Below are positions 37,661-51,441 of a DNA stretch of 64,000 nucleotides, one piece after another. The stretch is taken from the NCBI RefSeq assembly GCF_001194135.2, contig NC_068994.1:31330184-31394183 (forward strand). Direction: 5' to 3'. The DNA comes from Octopus bimaculoides. Lineage: Eukaryota. Position 1 is the stretch's first letter; each line of letters opens with the position of its first letter. The translations under genes were made by a program, and so were the position numbers. The notes under the pieces are model-generated. The model saw only the letters and a program-made list of their open reading frames with translations, was not told where the DNA came from and did no database searches.

Positions 37661-38395
37661 ATCATCATCATCGTTTAACGTCCGCTTTCCATGCTAGCAT
37701 GGGTTGGACGACTTGACTGAGGACTGGTGAAACCGGATGGCAACACCAGGCTCCAATCTAAATTTGGCAGAGTTTCTACAGCTGGATGCCCTTCCTAATG
37801 CCAACCACTCAGAGAGTGTAGTAGGTGCTTTTACATGTCACCTGCACGAAGGCCAGTCAGGCGATACTGGCAACGGCCACGCTCGAAATGGTGTCTTTTA
37901 TGTGCCACCCGCACAAGCCAGTCCAGGGGCACTGGCAACGATCTCGCTCGAAAATCCTACGGGAGCCAGTCAGGCGGTACTGGCAACGGCCANNNNNNNN
38001 NNNNNNNNNNNNNNNNNNNNNNNNNNNNNNNNNNNNNNNNNNNNNNNNNNNNNNNNNNNNNNNNNNNNNNNNNNNNNNNNNNNNNNNNGCAACGATCTTA
38101 CTTGGCTTGCCGGGTCTTCTCACGCACAGCACATTTCCAAAGGTCTCGGTCAGTAGTCATCGCCTCGGTGAGGCCCAATGTACGAAGGTCTTGCCTCACC
38201 ACCTCAGCCCAGGTCTTTCTGGGCCTACCTCTTCCACGGGTTCCCTCAACTGTTAGGGTGTGGCACTTTTTCACGCAGCTATCCTCATCCATTCTCACCA
38301 CATGTCCATACTAGCGCAATCGTCTCTCTTGCACACCACAACTGATGCTTCTGATGTTCAGCTTTTCTCTCAAGATACTTACACTCTGACGGGTA
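37661..38395 (-). mobile_element. 5'-truncated RTE LINE (ORF2 C-terminus plus 3' UTR)
   Basis: ERRLR*YGHVVRMDEDSCVKKC..GRGRPRKTWAEVV..EKTRQAK*, with an (ATC)n tail. Confidence 0.9.
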
Positions 38396-38905
38396 TTCAC
38401 ATTGACATTAACTGTGCCAATTCTGGATGACACATACATTTATTATTTACACACACACAATGGGCTTCCATGCAGTTTATATCTTATCAAATTTCACTCA
38501 CAATATATTGGTCAACCTGAGGATGTAGGATAAGAGTTGATGCACTGAGATTTAAAATTACATTGTCTTGAAGTGAACATTATTAACTTCATAGCCATAT
38601 CAGTGCCCACAAAATCTTTTCGGTAGTGGATACTGTACAAATATCTCTTTGCTATAACTTCTTTTATGACAAGTCCAAAGATACACCAGCATTCTCCAGA
38701 CCATGTGGTGGTCAGAATGGACAAAAAGACAAAAGACATGTTCTTCTATTATGTTTGTAGTTTTGTTGTGCCATGTAAAAATGTTTGTTTAACCTTTTCA
38801 GAATATATTTTAATGTTGATCATTACACACACTCACACATAAATAAGTGTCCAACACATGTCAGCATGGAAAATGGATGTTGAATGGTGATGATGATGAT
38901 GATGA

Positions 38906-38939
<34 letters not shown>

Positions 38940-38949
38940 GTATATATAT

Positions 38950-39202
38950 TTTTTTTTTCGCCCTTTTAAAGCCTAGCCAGGCTCATGGGCCCGGTTTCCT
39001 GGTTTCAATGGCGTATGTGTTCCCCAATTGGACGGGACGCCGGTCCATCGCAGCGTTACTCATTTTTGCCAGCTGAGTGGACTAGAGCAACATGAAATGA
39101 AGTGTTTTGCTCAAGAACACAACGCGTCGCTCGGTCCAGGAATCAAAACCACAATCTTACAATCATGATGCTAACACCCTAACCACCAAGCCACACGCCT
39201 CC
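38950..39202 (-). mobile_element. tRNA-derived SINE (family C-like head), relatively young
   Basis: Reverse complement starts GGAGGCGTGTGGCTTGGTGGTTAGGGTG..GGTTTTGATTCCTGGACCGAGCG; many CpGs are retained. Confidence 0.8.
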
Positions 39203-40684
39203 AGATATTTATATATATACACACACACACATTTTTTACTAGTCCTCATTACTCCTTAAGGAGTAAAGGGCCAGTTTCCTGGTTTCTCTGGTGTATATAT
39301 TCCTCCCTGTGCAGAATGCTGATCCTTCACAGGATATATATACATATCTATATTTACATCTCTCTCTCCACACACACATTATCTAACATTGACTTAGATC
39401 TGCAACACTAAAAACTTCATGGATGCAAAAGAGCATGCCTGATCATTCAGATGCAGTATCACCGAGTTGTAAGGTAATGACTGACATTTGAACAATCAGA
39501 CAAATGCTTTTGTGAAACTTTCAGTAATGCTAATGCAAGCCAAACTACAAATATTTTACCTCCACACCCTTTATTCAATGCCCTTTTGTCTTGCTTGTAT
39601 ACCTGTTTGTATTTTATGTGTGTGTGTGTGCATATAGAAACTGTAGATTGGCCAAATTGTTAAAGCATTGAGTAAAATACTTTGCACTATTTAGTTGCAG
39701 AGTTTTACCTTTGGAGTTTCAATAATGCTGAGATTGACTTTGCTTTTAATCCTTCCAGGGGTAGACAAAATAAATTACTATGGATCAGTGTGATTGTTCT
39801 GTCCCTGCTAAAGTTGTGGCCCCTTGTGCCTATGTCAGAAAGTGATATTATTTATATTTTTAAATATATATGTGTGTTTTCTTATAAATATACTATATAT
39901 TATATGTATATATATTTTTTATAGTTTTACATGAAGAGAAGTGTCATCACTTTAGAATTTCTGCTTGTTAATTTTTGTTGGACTATTCAATGAAGGCTGA
40001 CAGGCAGAAACATCAAAGCCATTGTCACCCCTCTTGTAATTCTACAGTTTAATGTTAAATTGTTTTTATTATAACTTGATATAAATATTAATAATGTTTA
40101 GAATATTTATATGTTAAGAACATTTCTATATGTTGTTTTAATGTAAAGGTTTGAGTATCAATAATAGGGCAAGGAGGGTCCTTGCTGGTGTTGGTCACCC
40201 AAGTGGTGTAAGCAAGGTCCACATCTGATAACAAGGGACTGCACTATATTTTTTTTTTACTCAACTCCTTAACTGTCACTTACTCAGCCCTCCTATTTTT
40301 TTAAACAGATGCCATTAGTAGGTAGCACTCACTGTGATGTGTAACAACTGCAGCAGTGTTTCAATGAACTGATGTACTGTGCCCCATGCTTCTTGGAGAG
40401 GCATCTTGCTGATCAATTGTATCCACCCACTGATGTATACAATTGATCAACAGGAATCAATCTATTTATTTTGCTTGTCACACTTGAGTCACATAAATGC
40501 ACTGGAGCTGCTGCAGTAGGTAATGTAGAGCATTGTTGTCTAATTTTATATTCGATTTAGTAACTTGTTTTTCTGCATTGAGATTGAAGCAACTCTGCCG
40601 TCTTTACACAATGCATTGCCTTTTATGTCTAGTCAGATTAATATGTTGTTGTTATTGTTATTAATATTTTTATTATTGTTAAGA

Positions 40685-42930
40685 CAGTGAGTTGGCAGAA
40701 TCATTAGCATGCCAGGCATGCTTTTCATCCTTCTGGGGTCAATAAAATAAGTACCAGTTGAGCACTGAGGTTGATGTTATCGACTTACCTGTTCCTTGCC
40801 AAACTTACTGGCCTTGTGCCAAAATTTGAAACCAATATTTTGTTATTGTTGTTGATATTTACTCAAGATCAGTCCTGATGAGCATTACTTATTCAATCCA
40901 TACTCATCATGGCTTTTATTATCTTACACAGTGCATGTAAGACAGCATTACTCAATATGTCCTTCCAGTCATTTTTCAAAGACAAAAGAGAGTGATTTGA
41001 GGGAGATTTTCTGCCAATTCTAACAGTCATGTGGAAGCTCCCTCATTGTTTATTATTGTCAGAAAGAAAGTGGGTTGGCAGAAATGTTAGAGCTGGAGAC
41101 AAAATACTTAGCAGTATTTATTCTGGCTCTTTATGTTGAGTTCAAGCCCTGACAGTCAATTTTAACTTTCATCCTTCCACATTTGACCAAAATAAAGTAC
41201 CAGTCAAGAACTAGGCTTAAGAGAATCAACTTAACCCTTCCTCTTAAAATTGCTAGCTTTATATCTTAATCAGAAAAACCATTATTATTATTATTATTAT
41301 CATCATCAGAGTAGTTGGTATTAGGAAGGGCATCCAGCCATAGAAACCATGCCAAATCAGACTAGAACCAGTCAAACCATCTAACCCATGCCAGCATGGA
41401 AAGCAGACATTAAATGATGATGATGATGATGATGATGCTGATGATGGTGGTGAACTGTGGTCAATATCAACTTACCCACCCTTCAGAGTTGCTGACCTTG
41501 TGCCAGTGCTTGTACCACATAAAAAGCACTAAGTCCACTCTGCTCAGTGGTTGATGTTAGGAAGGGCATCCAGCTGTAAATATCCTGCCAAAACAGTCAC
41601 AGAAGTCTGGTGCCGGCTTTGGCCTGGCCAGCTCTTGTGGTACCATCCCACCCATGCTAGCATGGAATACAGATGTTAAACAATGATGATGATGCAACAA
41701 GCTGGCAGAATTGTTAGCATACTAGGCAAAATGTTTAGCAGCATTTTGTCTGTCTTTACATTCTGAGTTCAAATTCTACCAAGGTCAGCTTTGCCTTTCA
41801 TCCTTTCAGAGAGAATAAGTACCAGTTGTGCATTGGAACTGATGTAATTGACTTACTCCCACCCCCTTACTTACTTGCCTTATGCCAAAATTTGAAACCA
41901 ATATTATCCGCTAAGGTCAACTTTGCCTGTCATCCTTTCAAGATCAATAAAGTAAGTACCACTTGAACACTGAGATCAATATAATCAACTAAACCCTTCC
42001 TCCAAAATTGCTGGCCTTGTGCCAAAATGTGAAACCATTATGTGCTGGCAGAATCATTAGTGGCAGACAAAATGCTTAGTGGCATTTTGCCTGTCTTTAT
42101 GTTCTGAGTTCAAATTCTGTCACGGTCAACTTTGTATTTCATGTTTTCAGGGTCGATGAAATAAGAACCAGTAAAACACTGGGGTTGATGTGATCAATGG
42201 ACCTCTCTCCCAATTTCAGGCCTTGTGCCTATAGTAGAAAGGATTATTATTATTATTTGGTAGACTCATTAGCACGCTGGGCTTAGTGTCATTTCATCCA
42301 TCTTTACGTCCTGAGTTCAAATTCTGCTAAGGTTGACTTTGTTTTTCATCCTTTTGAGGTCAATAAATTAAGTACCAGTGGAGTAATGGGGATCAATATA
42401 ATCGACTTAACCCCTTCCCCAAAATTTCAGGCTTTGTGCCTATAGTAGAAAGGATTATTATTTTTATCATCATCATCAGGGTAACAGATTGGCAGAATAA
42501 TTAGTTAAAATGCTTTGTGATATTTATGCTGGCTTTTATGTTCTGAGCTCAAATATCACTGAGATCAGCTTTGACTTTCACTTTCTGTGAGGTCAATGAA
42601 ATAATGTAGCCAGTCAAGTTCGGGGGGGGGGGGGCAGTTTAATTGACAAAATTCCTGCCCCCAACCTCAAATTTCTGACTATGTGCCTACTTTAGAAATA
42701 ATTACAGTGTGAAATGACAGAAACAGTGGTGTCTTAGACAATATGCCAGTATCATTTAGTTTTACGTCTCTCCATTCTGAGTTCAAATCCCATCAAGGTT
42801 GGCTTTGTTTTTTTTTTTATCATTCTGGGTTCAATAAAAAACATTACCAGTCATACCTTGATGTTGATTCAATTAACTATATCTTCCCCCTCCATCACTC
42901 CCCACCACCCATCTATCAATTTATGGCCTG
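40685..42930 (+). repeat. Cluster of about 8 co-oriented family-B SINE copies, interrupted by two RTE-tail fragments
   Basis: Heads or cores start near 40694, 41077, 41704, 41913, 42047, 42259, 42491 and 42745, several ending in (ATT)n. Confidence 0.85.
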
Positions 42931-43329
42931 ATGCAAGGTGAGCAATCATTGTGCAACTGTTTTAATTTGTGTTTATTGCAACTGAAGTATGTAACTCCAT
43001 TTTGGTGTTATCTTCTCCATATTAGGGATTTGAATAAACTTTGATTTGGAACTTAACTGATTTGTTTGTTGTATTTATCATTGTCATTCATTCATTGAAT
43101 CCAGCACCATACAATGGTTGTTAGAGCTCCCCATATTCCTGTCTGCCTTTAGTTGTCTTCTCCCCCTTCCTCTCATCACAACAAAATCTGCTGGGATTCA
43201 GTTGTGTATATATACATTATGCTTTGAGAGCCTCAACCACAATGTGGTTTAGGGGAGTATTCTTGAATACTGCCTAAAACCAATTATCTCCATTCTTTGT
43301 GATCTCTTCCATGAGTTTCAGCATCCTGA

Positions 43330-44830
43330 AATTAACCTTCACCACCACATCCTACATCCTGTCTCTTCTTCCATAGGTTCCATCTACTAGGAGTGATTGT
43401 AGTTTCTTCGTACAACTATCCTCACCCATATGCATTGCATGCCCCAACTAATGCAGTCTTCTTTCTTATGCACTATAAGATGCCTTATTTTTTTTTCTCA
43501 TCACACTTGTACTCCATTGATTGCTCTTGCTGGCATTCTACCTTCAGCAGAGCTTGCTTGCTTCATTTCCTTCTTCTAGTTTTCACAGGCACTCCACATT
43601 CAAAGCTCATGCCTCACTTCCATGTAGCATTGCAGTTTATATATTAGCATCATACAATCTACCTTTCACTGAGAGAGAAATCTTGATACCAACAGAGGTA
43701 ACAAATCTCTGAACTTTCCACTCTATTCATACCCTATACTTTCAGAACATCCTCCATCATTGCTAAATAGGTCACCTAGATATCAGAAGATATTCTCCTA
43801 GACATATAAGAGCATCAATTTTCCATTTAGAGTTTGTTGCTCCAACACTTACAAAGTTTGCTTTCTCGATTAATATGCCCATAATTTGCATTGAGTACAC
43901 TGTATCAAATTTCTACCTACTCCTTTTCTATACATCAAGCAAGGCCATTTCTCTGATGGCAGCACGGTTCTGTCTGTTTTCCTATTTACTAAGACTTTGG
44001 TCTTTACAAAGTTGACTTTAAAGCCCTTTGATTCCAGATTTTACTTCCATGCCTGGAATTTCTTCCTTAATCTTACTACAGATTCAGCTATAAGAACAAA
44101 GTCATCAATATATAGTTCTTATTGCACCCAGTTTTAAACTTCTTTGTTATGGTATGAAGGACTATGATAATTAGAAGAGCACTGAAACCTGATGGACCCC
44201 CACCTGTACACTAAATTCGTTACTGTATTCATTTCTAACTCTCAGCTTGCTGACAGCAATCTTGTACATGGTTGCATTTCTCTCACAAACCATTCATTTA
44301 CTAGCTTCCTCAGGAACCTCAAGATCACCATGTAAGGAACTCTGACAAAGGTTTTCTCCAGGTCAAAAAGTTCCAAATACAGTGGTTTACTCATAGCGAG
44401 GTACTTCTGCACTTGCCTCATTTGGAATCTGCATCAGTAGTTCCTCTTCCTGACACAAAGGCAAATTGCATATCATCTTGATTAACTCACTCTCTTATCA
44501 GTTGAGTTATAACCTTTCTGTGACTTTCTTGACCTGATTCAGCAACTTTATACCCTTGTAATTACCACTCTCTCAGGTATCTTCTTTGCCCTTGTAATAG
44601 ATGCTTATAATGCCAGTCATTGGGTATGACACTTTGCTGTACAAACTGCTGACAATAAGATTGACGCCAGTAATTCTCAATGGATCCAGTGTTTGCCCTG
44701 CCTTCATATCTTTAACTGCTTTATCTATCTTACTGCTACCTACTAAAATAGCTAGTCCCTCTGTTGGATTCATACTGGGCTGGCTCCCTTTCTACCATGC
44801 ATTCACTACATTTAATGACCTTTTGTAGAG
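43330..44830 (-). mobile_element. Old, heavily decayed RTE LINE
   Basis: Minus-strand remnants include NYKGIKLLNQVKK, VIPNDW, VQVGVHQ, ESKGLKVNFVKTKVL and KGRLYDA..TAMLHGSE. Confidence 0.8.
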
Positions 44831-44887
44831 CTGTATGTAAGCAATCATATGATTTTTGTCATAAGGACACATGGATTAATGCTTGTG

Positions 44888-45566
44888 CAGTGGTGGCTCA
44901 TGCATAGGTACTGCGGAACTGCAGCACCCCCTATTTCCACTCGATATTATTGATAACATTTAATATAAGTCCCTTTTACTTTAATTCTTCCTTTATACTA
45001 GTACATTATATAATCCTTAAGCTTAATGTCAGTAGCCATCCCCTAGATTATGAAAAAGTACAAAAAACTGCACTTCACAGTTACAGCAACGCGGTGTTTG
45101 GCTGTTGTGTGCATGCCCACATGTCTGAGATAGGAAGCTTCATGCTAGGGAGAGAGCAATGCATGAACGACAGTCCTGACCCTGGTGTTCTGGTGAAAGG
45201 TAGTATTTCTTTTTGACTCTGTATGTGTTATGCTTAAAAATGTGTTTATATTCTTGAATGTGATAAAGTGTAGAATTAGATTATTATCCTGCTTCCAGCT
45301 TCAGTGTTGCTGCCAGAATTTGAAATATAGGGCACATTTTCCCCCTTATTTTGTTATTTAGGGGGGATTTTTGAAAAACAAGGGGGAATTCACGTTGATG
45401 TTCAGTGAATAAATTAAACACACTACCAGGTAGTGGCTAAAATGAGAACCGATCAAGCTTATGTATAAATATTCTTTTTATATGCTTGTTTCCTTTTACA
45501 CAATATCAAAACGGCTAAAAATTTTCTGAAGCAGCGCCCCTACTAATTTTATCTGAGCCACCACTG
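44888..45566 (-). mobile_element. hAT-like MITE, full-length copy C (679 bp)
   Basis: Perfect 13-bp TIRs CAGTGGTGGCTCA / TGAGCCACCACTG; no clear 8-bp TSD is visible. Confidence 0.8.
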
Positions 45567-46479
45567 CTTAGATGTAAAGGGGGAAGGGTATGAGTAACAT
45601 TGGATAATGTAGTCCTAGATATGTAATGCCCGAGAGTAGCCTGGTGTGGCCATTGGATGCATGAACCACACAGGTCGGCCCCTTAATATACATGTGTTTG
45701 CTGTAGTTGAAGGTTTGTTATATTGAAGAGAGGCAGCCAATTTGGTTACTGTACTGCATGACCAAAATTTATGCTGTTCTAGAATGCCCTTTGTCATAGG
45801 GTTGACCTGGGACTGACCAAACAACACCTATGATGGTTTTGGGACAACTATCCCAACTTTATTCTACATGAAAATATTCAACGTTANNNNNNNNNNNNNN
45901 NNNNNNNNNNNNNNNNNNNNNNNNNNNNNNNNNNNNNNNNNNNNNNNNNNNNNNNNNNNNNNNNNNNNNNNNNNNNNNNNNNNNNNNNNNNNNNNNNNNN
46001 NNNNNNNNNNNNNNNNNNNNNNNNNNNNNNNNNNNNNNNNNNNNNNNNNNNNNNNNNNNNNNNNNNNNNNNNNNNNNNNNNNNNNNNNNNNNNNNNNNNN
46101 NNNNNNNNNNNNNNNNNNNNNNNNNNNNNNNNNNNNNNNNNNNNNNNNNNNNNNNNNNNNNNNNNNNNNNNNNNNNNNNNNNNNNNNNNNNNNNNNNNNN
46201 NNNNNNNNNATACAGTATCTTATTATAATAATTTTGTAACAAATCCTTTGTTTATCGGGATTGTCTCTTCCAAAATACTTGTCGCTTATACGAACAGTTG
46301 ATTACCAGTAAATAGTCACATTTTGTTGTTGATATCTGACAACAGGCAAGCCCAGACCGAACAGGTTTTATGATCAAAGATGTTCAGCATAATGTTTTGT
46401 CTTTTTTTCTTTAAAACATAATTGTTATGTACTCCTTGAAAAAAAGCCTCAACTGTGAAGTATATTTCAGTGCGAAGTT

Positions 46480-46708
46480 TGTATCAATGGATTCCGTCAG
46501 AAAATAGCGTTGGCTGGAAAAGTGTAATAACTAATTTTATAGTGAAGAAAAAGAGAAGTCTACGCTTCTAGGTGTAGAATCCCACTCGATACTTTAGATT
46601 TCTCCTCTTTTTCACTGTAAAATAATTTATTTCATTTTGCAAACTGTTTTCTAAGCATCGACTTTTCACGATCTCCAATGTTTAAGAGTTAAGTCAAGGG
46701 AGGTAAGT
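46480..46708 (+). promoter_or_regulatory. Putative promoter / non-coding first exon of ZNF-D
   Basis: CpG-retaining patch ending in a consensus donor GAG|GTAAGT (46702|46703), with a matching acceptor at 47947. Confidence 0.5.
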
Positions 46709-47967
46709 CTAAATTTTTGCTTATGTTTTTAAGATGTATGATATGTCTTTCATTCTTTGTCCCTTCTGTCGCTATGTTATTCTTTAAATTTTTTTCTTAA
46801 TTTGTTTTCTCTATTTGCTTTCTGTTGCATGTATATCTCCCACCCAAGCCTTTTATTTTTTCTCGTTCTCTCATTTGCTTGCAATTAAATTTTTTTTTTG
46901 TAAAGCTCTAGTAAATACCTTAACGCTACTATTGTGTCCACCTAGTTCTGACCACCAGGCACCTGCTAACCACCACATCAACAATTTGTATTTGACGATA
47001 AATACCAATAGACACAGAACGTGGCCAAGGTATTTAGATAAACAAAATCATAGCTTATTCTTGAACTGTTCAACTAGATGTTTAATTCGCTTGTTTTAAT
47101 ATTTTGTAATTTTATTTTTTGATTGATTAAAAAAAAAGGCGGGGCATAAAGGAACATTTAACAGCGAATATTAAAATACCGTATAGATTAGCAGAATACG
47201 CTTGTTTGTGTGTGAATATTTTTATTATTGTGTTTAACGAACAAGACTAAGTGTATTCAATACATTGTAGAGTTTATTTATTCACTCGGAATTTCTTTTT
47301 TGATCCAATCTTTCAAACGGTCACAAAACTGAGTACCGCAGCTCGTACAAGTAAATAGTGTATGAGAAAGTAGATGTGTGTATATATTTTCGCTCATAGA
47401 AATATAGCAGCGCTTTGGGAAATGAGAACTTATTGCATTTTAACATCGTTGAATGGATGCGATTTTCTTTTATTGATGTTTTTTAGTTCCCACGTTTATC
47501 GTTATTAATACTTGCTTCCGATTACAACCGCTTACCAGCACCTCATCGTTTGACAATTCAATCAGAACTTGTTAAAGGAGTAATGTTTATTTATCTTTTG
47601 AATTAGCATCACGTTTATAGTAGCAATAATAATGCCTGTAGCAACTTTGTAATTAGGTATTTGCTTAGTAGATTATAAGCCTTGTTCATTTGTTTTTGTT
47701 ATCACTTAACACGTCAGTTATTATTATCGTCAGTATCGTAGTTATGTTTAATACCATGGTCACCACGAGCAGCAGCATGTTCTTCATAACCAGCTTAACG
47801 CTCGTTTATATTTCCGTTTTTGTCATTAGTTGGACAGAAAAAAATTAATTCGGTTAGTATCAGTTAATCTAGAATCATTGCCATCATGATACTATTGTGA
47901 GTACCTCCAAGAAACATATCTAACTTATTGTCTTTCTTGTTTTACAGGAATCCCTGCTACAGAAGCC

Positions 47968-49005
47968 ATGAGTGATGATGGTAAACCTTTAGCTTATGAA
48001 AGTAATGGGAAAAATAACCAAATTACCGACTCTGTGAAAACAAACGCGTCAAATGCTATCCACTGTTGCAATGCTTGTGGTAAATGCTTTGAGCAGAGAA
48101 GCTATCTACTAAAACATGTCAAAATACATACAGGAGAATTGATGAATCAGTGTAGTGTGTGTCGAATGGTTCTGTCAGATAAGAGCAGTTTAAAGAGGCA
48201 TGTGAGGATACATACAGGAGAGAAACCTTATACTTGTGAGATCTGTGGAATGAGTTTCTCTCGAAATGGCACTCTGAAGAGTCACACACGGACACACACT
48301 AAAGAGACACCTTACTTCTGTAAGACTTGTGGGAAACGTTTTTCAGTCAATAGCTCACTCAACAGGCATATGAAGACACATTCTGATAGCTTGCCTTACT
48401 GTTGTGAAGTGTGTGGTATATGTTTTGCTCAGAGCCGCTACCTGAAAAGACATACTAAAATACACACAGGTGAGACAGTTTATAATTGTGAGATCTGTGG
48501 GAAGTCTTTCAGTCAAAAGTGTAATCTTGAGACACATATGAGGATACACAATGATGAAACACCATTTCTCTGTGTAATTTGTGGGAAAAGCTTTTCTCTG
48601 AATAGTACCTTAAAACGACATTTAATAACACATTCAAATGAAACGCCTTACCATTGTGAAATCTGTTTTAAAAGCTTCTCTCAAAAACGCTACTTGAGAC
48701 GACATAGTCGTACCCACACAGGAGAAACACCCTACCGCTGTGAACTCTGCAATAAAGGTTTCTCTCAGAAGAGTAACTTAGAAACACATATGAGGATTCA
48801 TGATGATGAAACTCCTTACCAATGCTTTATTTGTGGCAGAAGCTTCTCTTTGAACAGTACCCTAAAACGACATTTGTTTACACATTCAGAAGAAACACCA
48901 TATCATTGTGAATTCTGTGATAAAAAATTCTCTCAAAATCGTTATCTCAAAAAACATCTTAAAACACATTCAAATAGTAAAGAATACATAAACAATAAAG
49001 AATAA
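47968..49005 (+). CDS. ZNF-D: C2H2 zinc-finger protein, 345 aa, 11 fingers, mostly xxETP linkers
   Basis: Intact ORF; acceptor TTGTTTTACAG| at 47947, 20 nt upstream of the ATG. Confidence 0.97.
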   Translation: MSDDGKPLAYESNGKNNQITDSVKTNASNAIHCCNACGKCFEQRSYLLKHVKIHTGELMNQCSVCRMVLSDKSSLKRHVRIHTGEKPYTCEICGMSFSRNGTLKSHTRTHTKETPYFCKTCGKRFSVNSSLNRHMKTHSDSLPYCCEVCGICFAQSRYLKRHTKIHTGETVYNCEICGKSFSQKCNLETHMRIHNDETPFLCVICGKSFSLNSTLKRHLITHSNETPYHCEICFKSFSQKRYLRRHSRTHTGETPYRCELCNKGFSQKSNLETHMRIHDDETPYQCFICGRSFSLNSTLKRHLFTHSEETPYHCEFCDKKFSQNRYLKKHLKTHSNSKEYINNKE

Positions 49006-51059
49006 GAAAAGGTTTGTCAAGTTCTTAATGATAACCAGGACAGAAAATATGAAGAGAAAAAGGTAGTTGATGAACTGCTATGTAAAAAAAAAAGTTCTAT
49101 CAGCATGGAAAAAGTAATATGTAACAGGCTTTCAATACAGTAATGTTGTGAAGTGTTTCAAGTCACTGTCTTCTTTTTTTCATTATTTTCATTTGTCCCT
49201 GTATCATACTTTAACCTCCCATCACTTGGCATAAAGCCACTGCACTCAGTACTACTCCTCCCTTAGCTGAGGGGTCTTATCTTATGAGTTACTGAGTGGC
49301 CTCATTAGTGCCTGGGACAAAAAAAAAATCCAGTACACTGTTAAGTAGTTGGCATTAGGAAGGGCATCCACCTGTAGAAACCATTTCAGAGCAGTGGAGC
49401 TTGATGCAATCTGCTGGCTTGCTGGCTTCTATCAACCATCCAGCCCATACTAGCATGGAAAACATGTTAAATAATGATGATGTTGCAGTACATAAATGTT
49501 TCTACTATTGGTAACAAGGAGTCAGTTAAAATATCACAGATTTCTGTGTGTGGTGGGGAGGAGTATATAATACAATTAAATCCTTTTGTTTCAGCCAATG
49601 GACTGTAGCTAAGCTGGAGCATCACCTTTGAAGTATTTAGTCAATAATATTGACCCTAGTACTTTGACTGGAACTTATTTCATTGTTCCTGTAAGATATC
49701 ATATGTGTATAGTGGAAATTGGTTTAGAAAGAGGGATAACTTGGAAATATTACCGAGCTTGGAAACAAGTGCAGGCTGGTGATAGGAAGGGTATCCAACT
49801 GTAGAAAATCTGCTTCAACAAATTCCATTTGACCCATGCAAGCATGGAAAACTGAACATTTAAACAATGATATATATGCACAACCATGGGCTATGTGGTA
49901 AGAAGCTTGCTTCCCAACCACATGGTCGTGGGTTCAGTCCCACTGCAGTACCTTGGGCAAGTGTCTTCCTCTATAGCTCCAAGCTGACCAAAGCCTTGTG
50001 AGTGGATTTGGTAGGTGGAAACTGGAAGAAACCTATTATATATATATATACACTGTCTTTGTGTTTATCTCCCACCACTGCTTGACAATCAGTGTTAGTT
50101 TGTTTACATCCCTATAACTTAGCAGTTCAGTAAAAGATGACTGATAGAAAAAGTACCCAGCTTAAAAATATGAATGGATCAATTTGACTAAACTCCTAGG
50201 CAGTTCCCCATCATGGCCATAGTCTAAAGACTGAAATAAGTAAAAGATATATGCGACAGGCTTCTCCTTGCCAAATTGCTGCTATTAAAGCTGAGGCTTT
50301 GATAACAGACATGTGCAAAGTGTCGTGCTTGGGAATCAATCCCTGGACCACTTAGTTGCAAAGTGAAATTCTTAAACATACAACCATGTCTGCATCTATA
50401 TAAATGCAAATTGGCACTCTATCAGTTACGACAATGAGGGTCCCATTTGATCTGATCAATGGAACAGCCTGCTCATGAAATTAATGTGCAAGTGGCTGAG
50501 CACTCCATAGACACACATGCCCTTCACATAGTTCAGTGTAACACAGAATATGACAAAGCTGGCTCTTTGAAATACACATACAACTCTTTTTTGCCAACTG
50601 AGTGAACTGGAGCAATGTGAAATAAAGTGTCTTGCTCAAAGACAGAACATGCCGCTAGGAATTGAACTTATGATCATAAGCCATATACCCTAACCACTAA
50701 GCCACACATTTTCATATAGATTGACCACAGCCCATTGGATGGGATAATTAAAAGATATATGATTTTATGAGGGAATGGAGAAGTCAGTTTAATGTTTGGT
50801 AGGTTCTTGCATGAATTCCATTCCTTCATTAAAATTATTAATATTTATTCTGTTGGTGTACATACCTTGGGCTTGTGAAGTGCTCCACTATTAAGTAGCT
50901 AATGAGTAATCAGTCATTAATTTGCTGATTAAAAGGTGTAGATTTTTATGCCATTTTTTGAACATTTTGTTAGCCAGGTTCTTGCATAAAGAGTATTGCT
51001 GAGGTGATCACCTGAATTTTATTTATCCCCGCACTTGTATATATACATACATACATATA

Positions 51060-51441
51060 GGCACATTGTGGCTGTGTGGTAAGTAGCTTGCCTACCAACC
51101 ACATGGTTCCGGGTTCAGTCCCACTGCATGGCACCTAGGGCAAGTGTCTTCTACTATAGCCTCGGGCCGACCAAAGCCTTGTGAGTGGATTTGGTAGACG
51201 GAAACTGAAAGAAGCCCGTCGTATATATGTATATATATGTATGTGTTTGTGTGTCTGTATTTGTCCCCCTAGCATTGCTTGACAACCGATGCTGGTGTGT
51301 TTATGTCCCCGTAACTTAGCGGTTCGGCAAAAGAGACCGATAGAATAAGTACTAGGCTTACAAAGAATAAGTCCCGGGGTCGATTTGCTCGACTAAAGGC
51401 GGTGCTCCAGCATGGCTGCAGTCAAATGACTGAAGCAAATA
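51060..51441 (+). mobile_element. Near-complete tRNA-derived SINE, family A
   Basis: A-box-like TGGCTGTGTGGTAAG, B-box-like GGTTCAGTCCC, an internal (TA/TG)n tract and the 3' body. Other copies at about 9660, 13460, 21645, 37060, 49885, 53225 and 54630. Confidence 0.9.

Noticed and set aside
51060-51130. tRNA genes at SINE heads (also 30570, 39130-39202, 53225)
   Set aside because: They lack a complete cloverleaf and run straight into SINE bodies.
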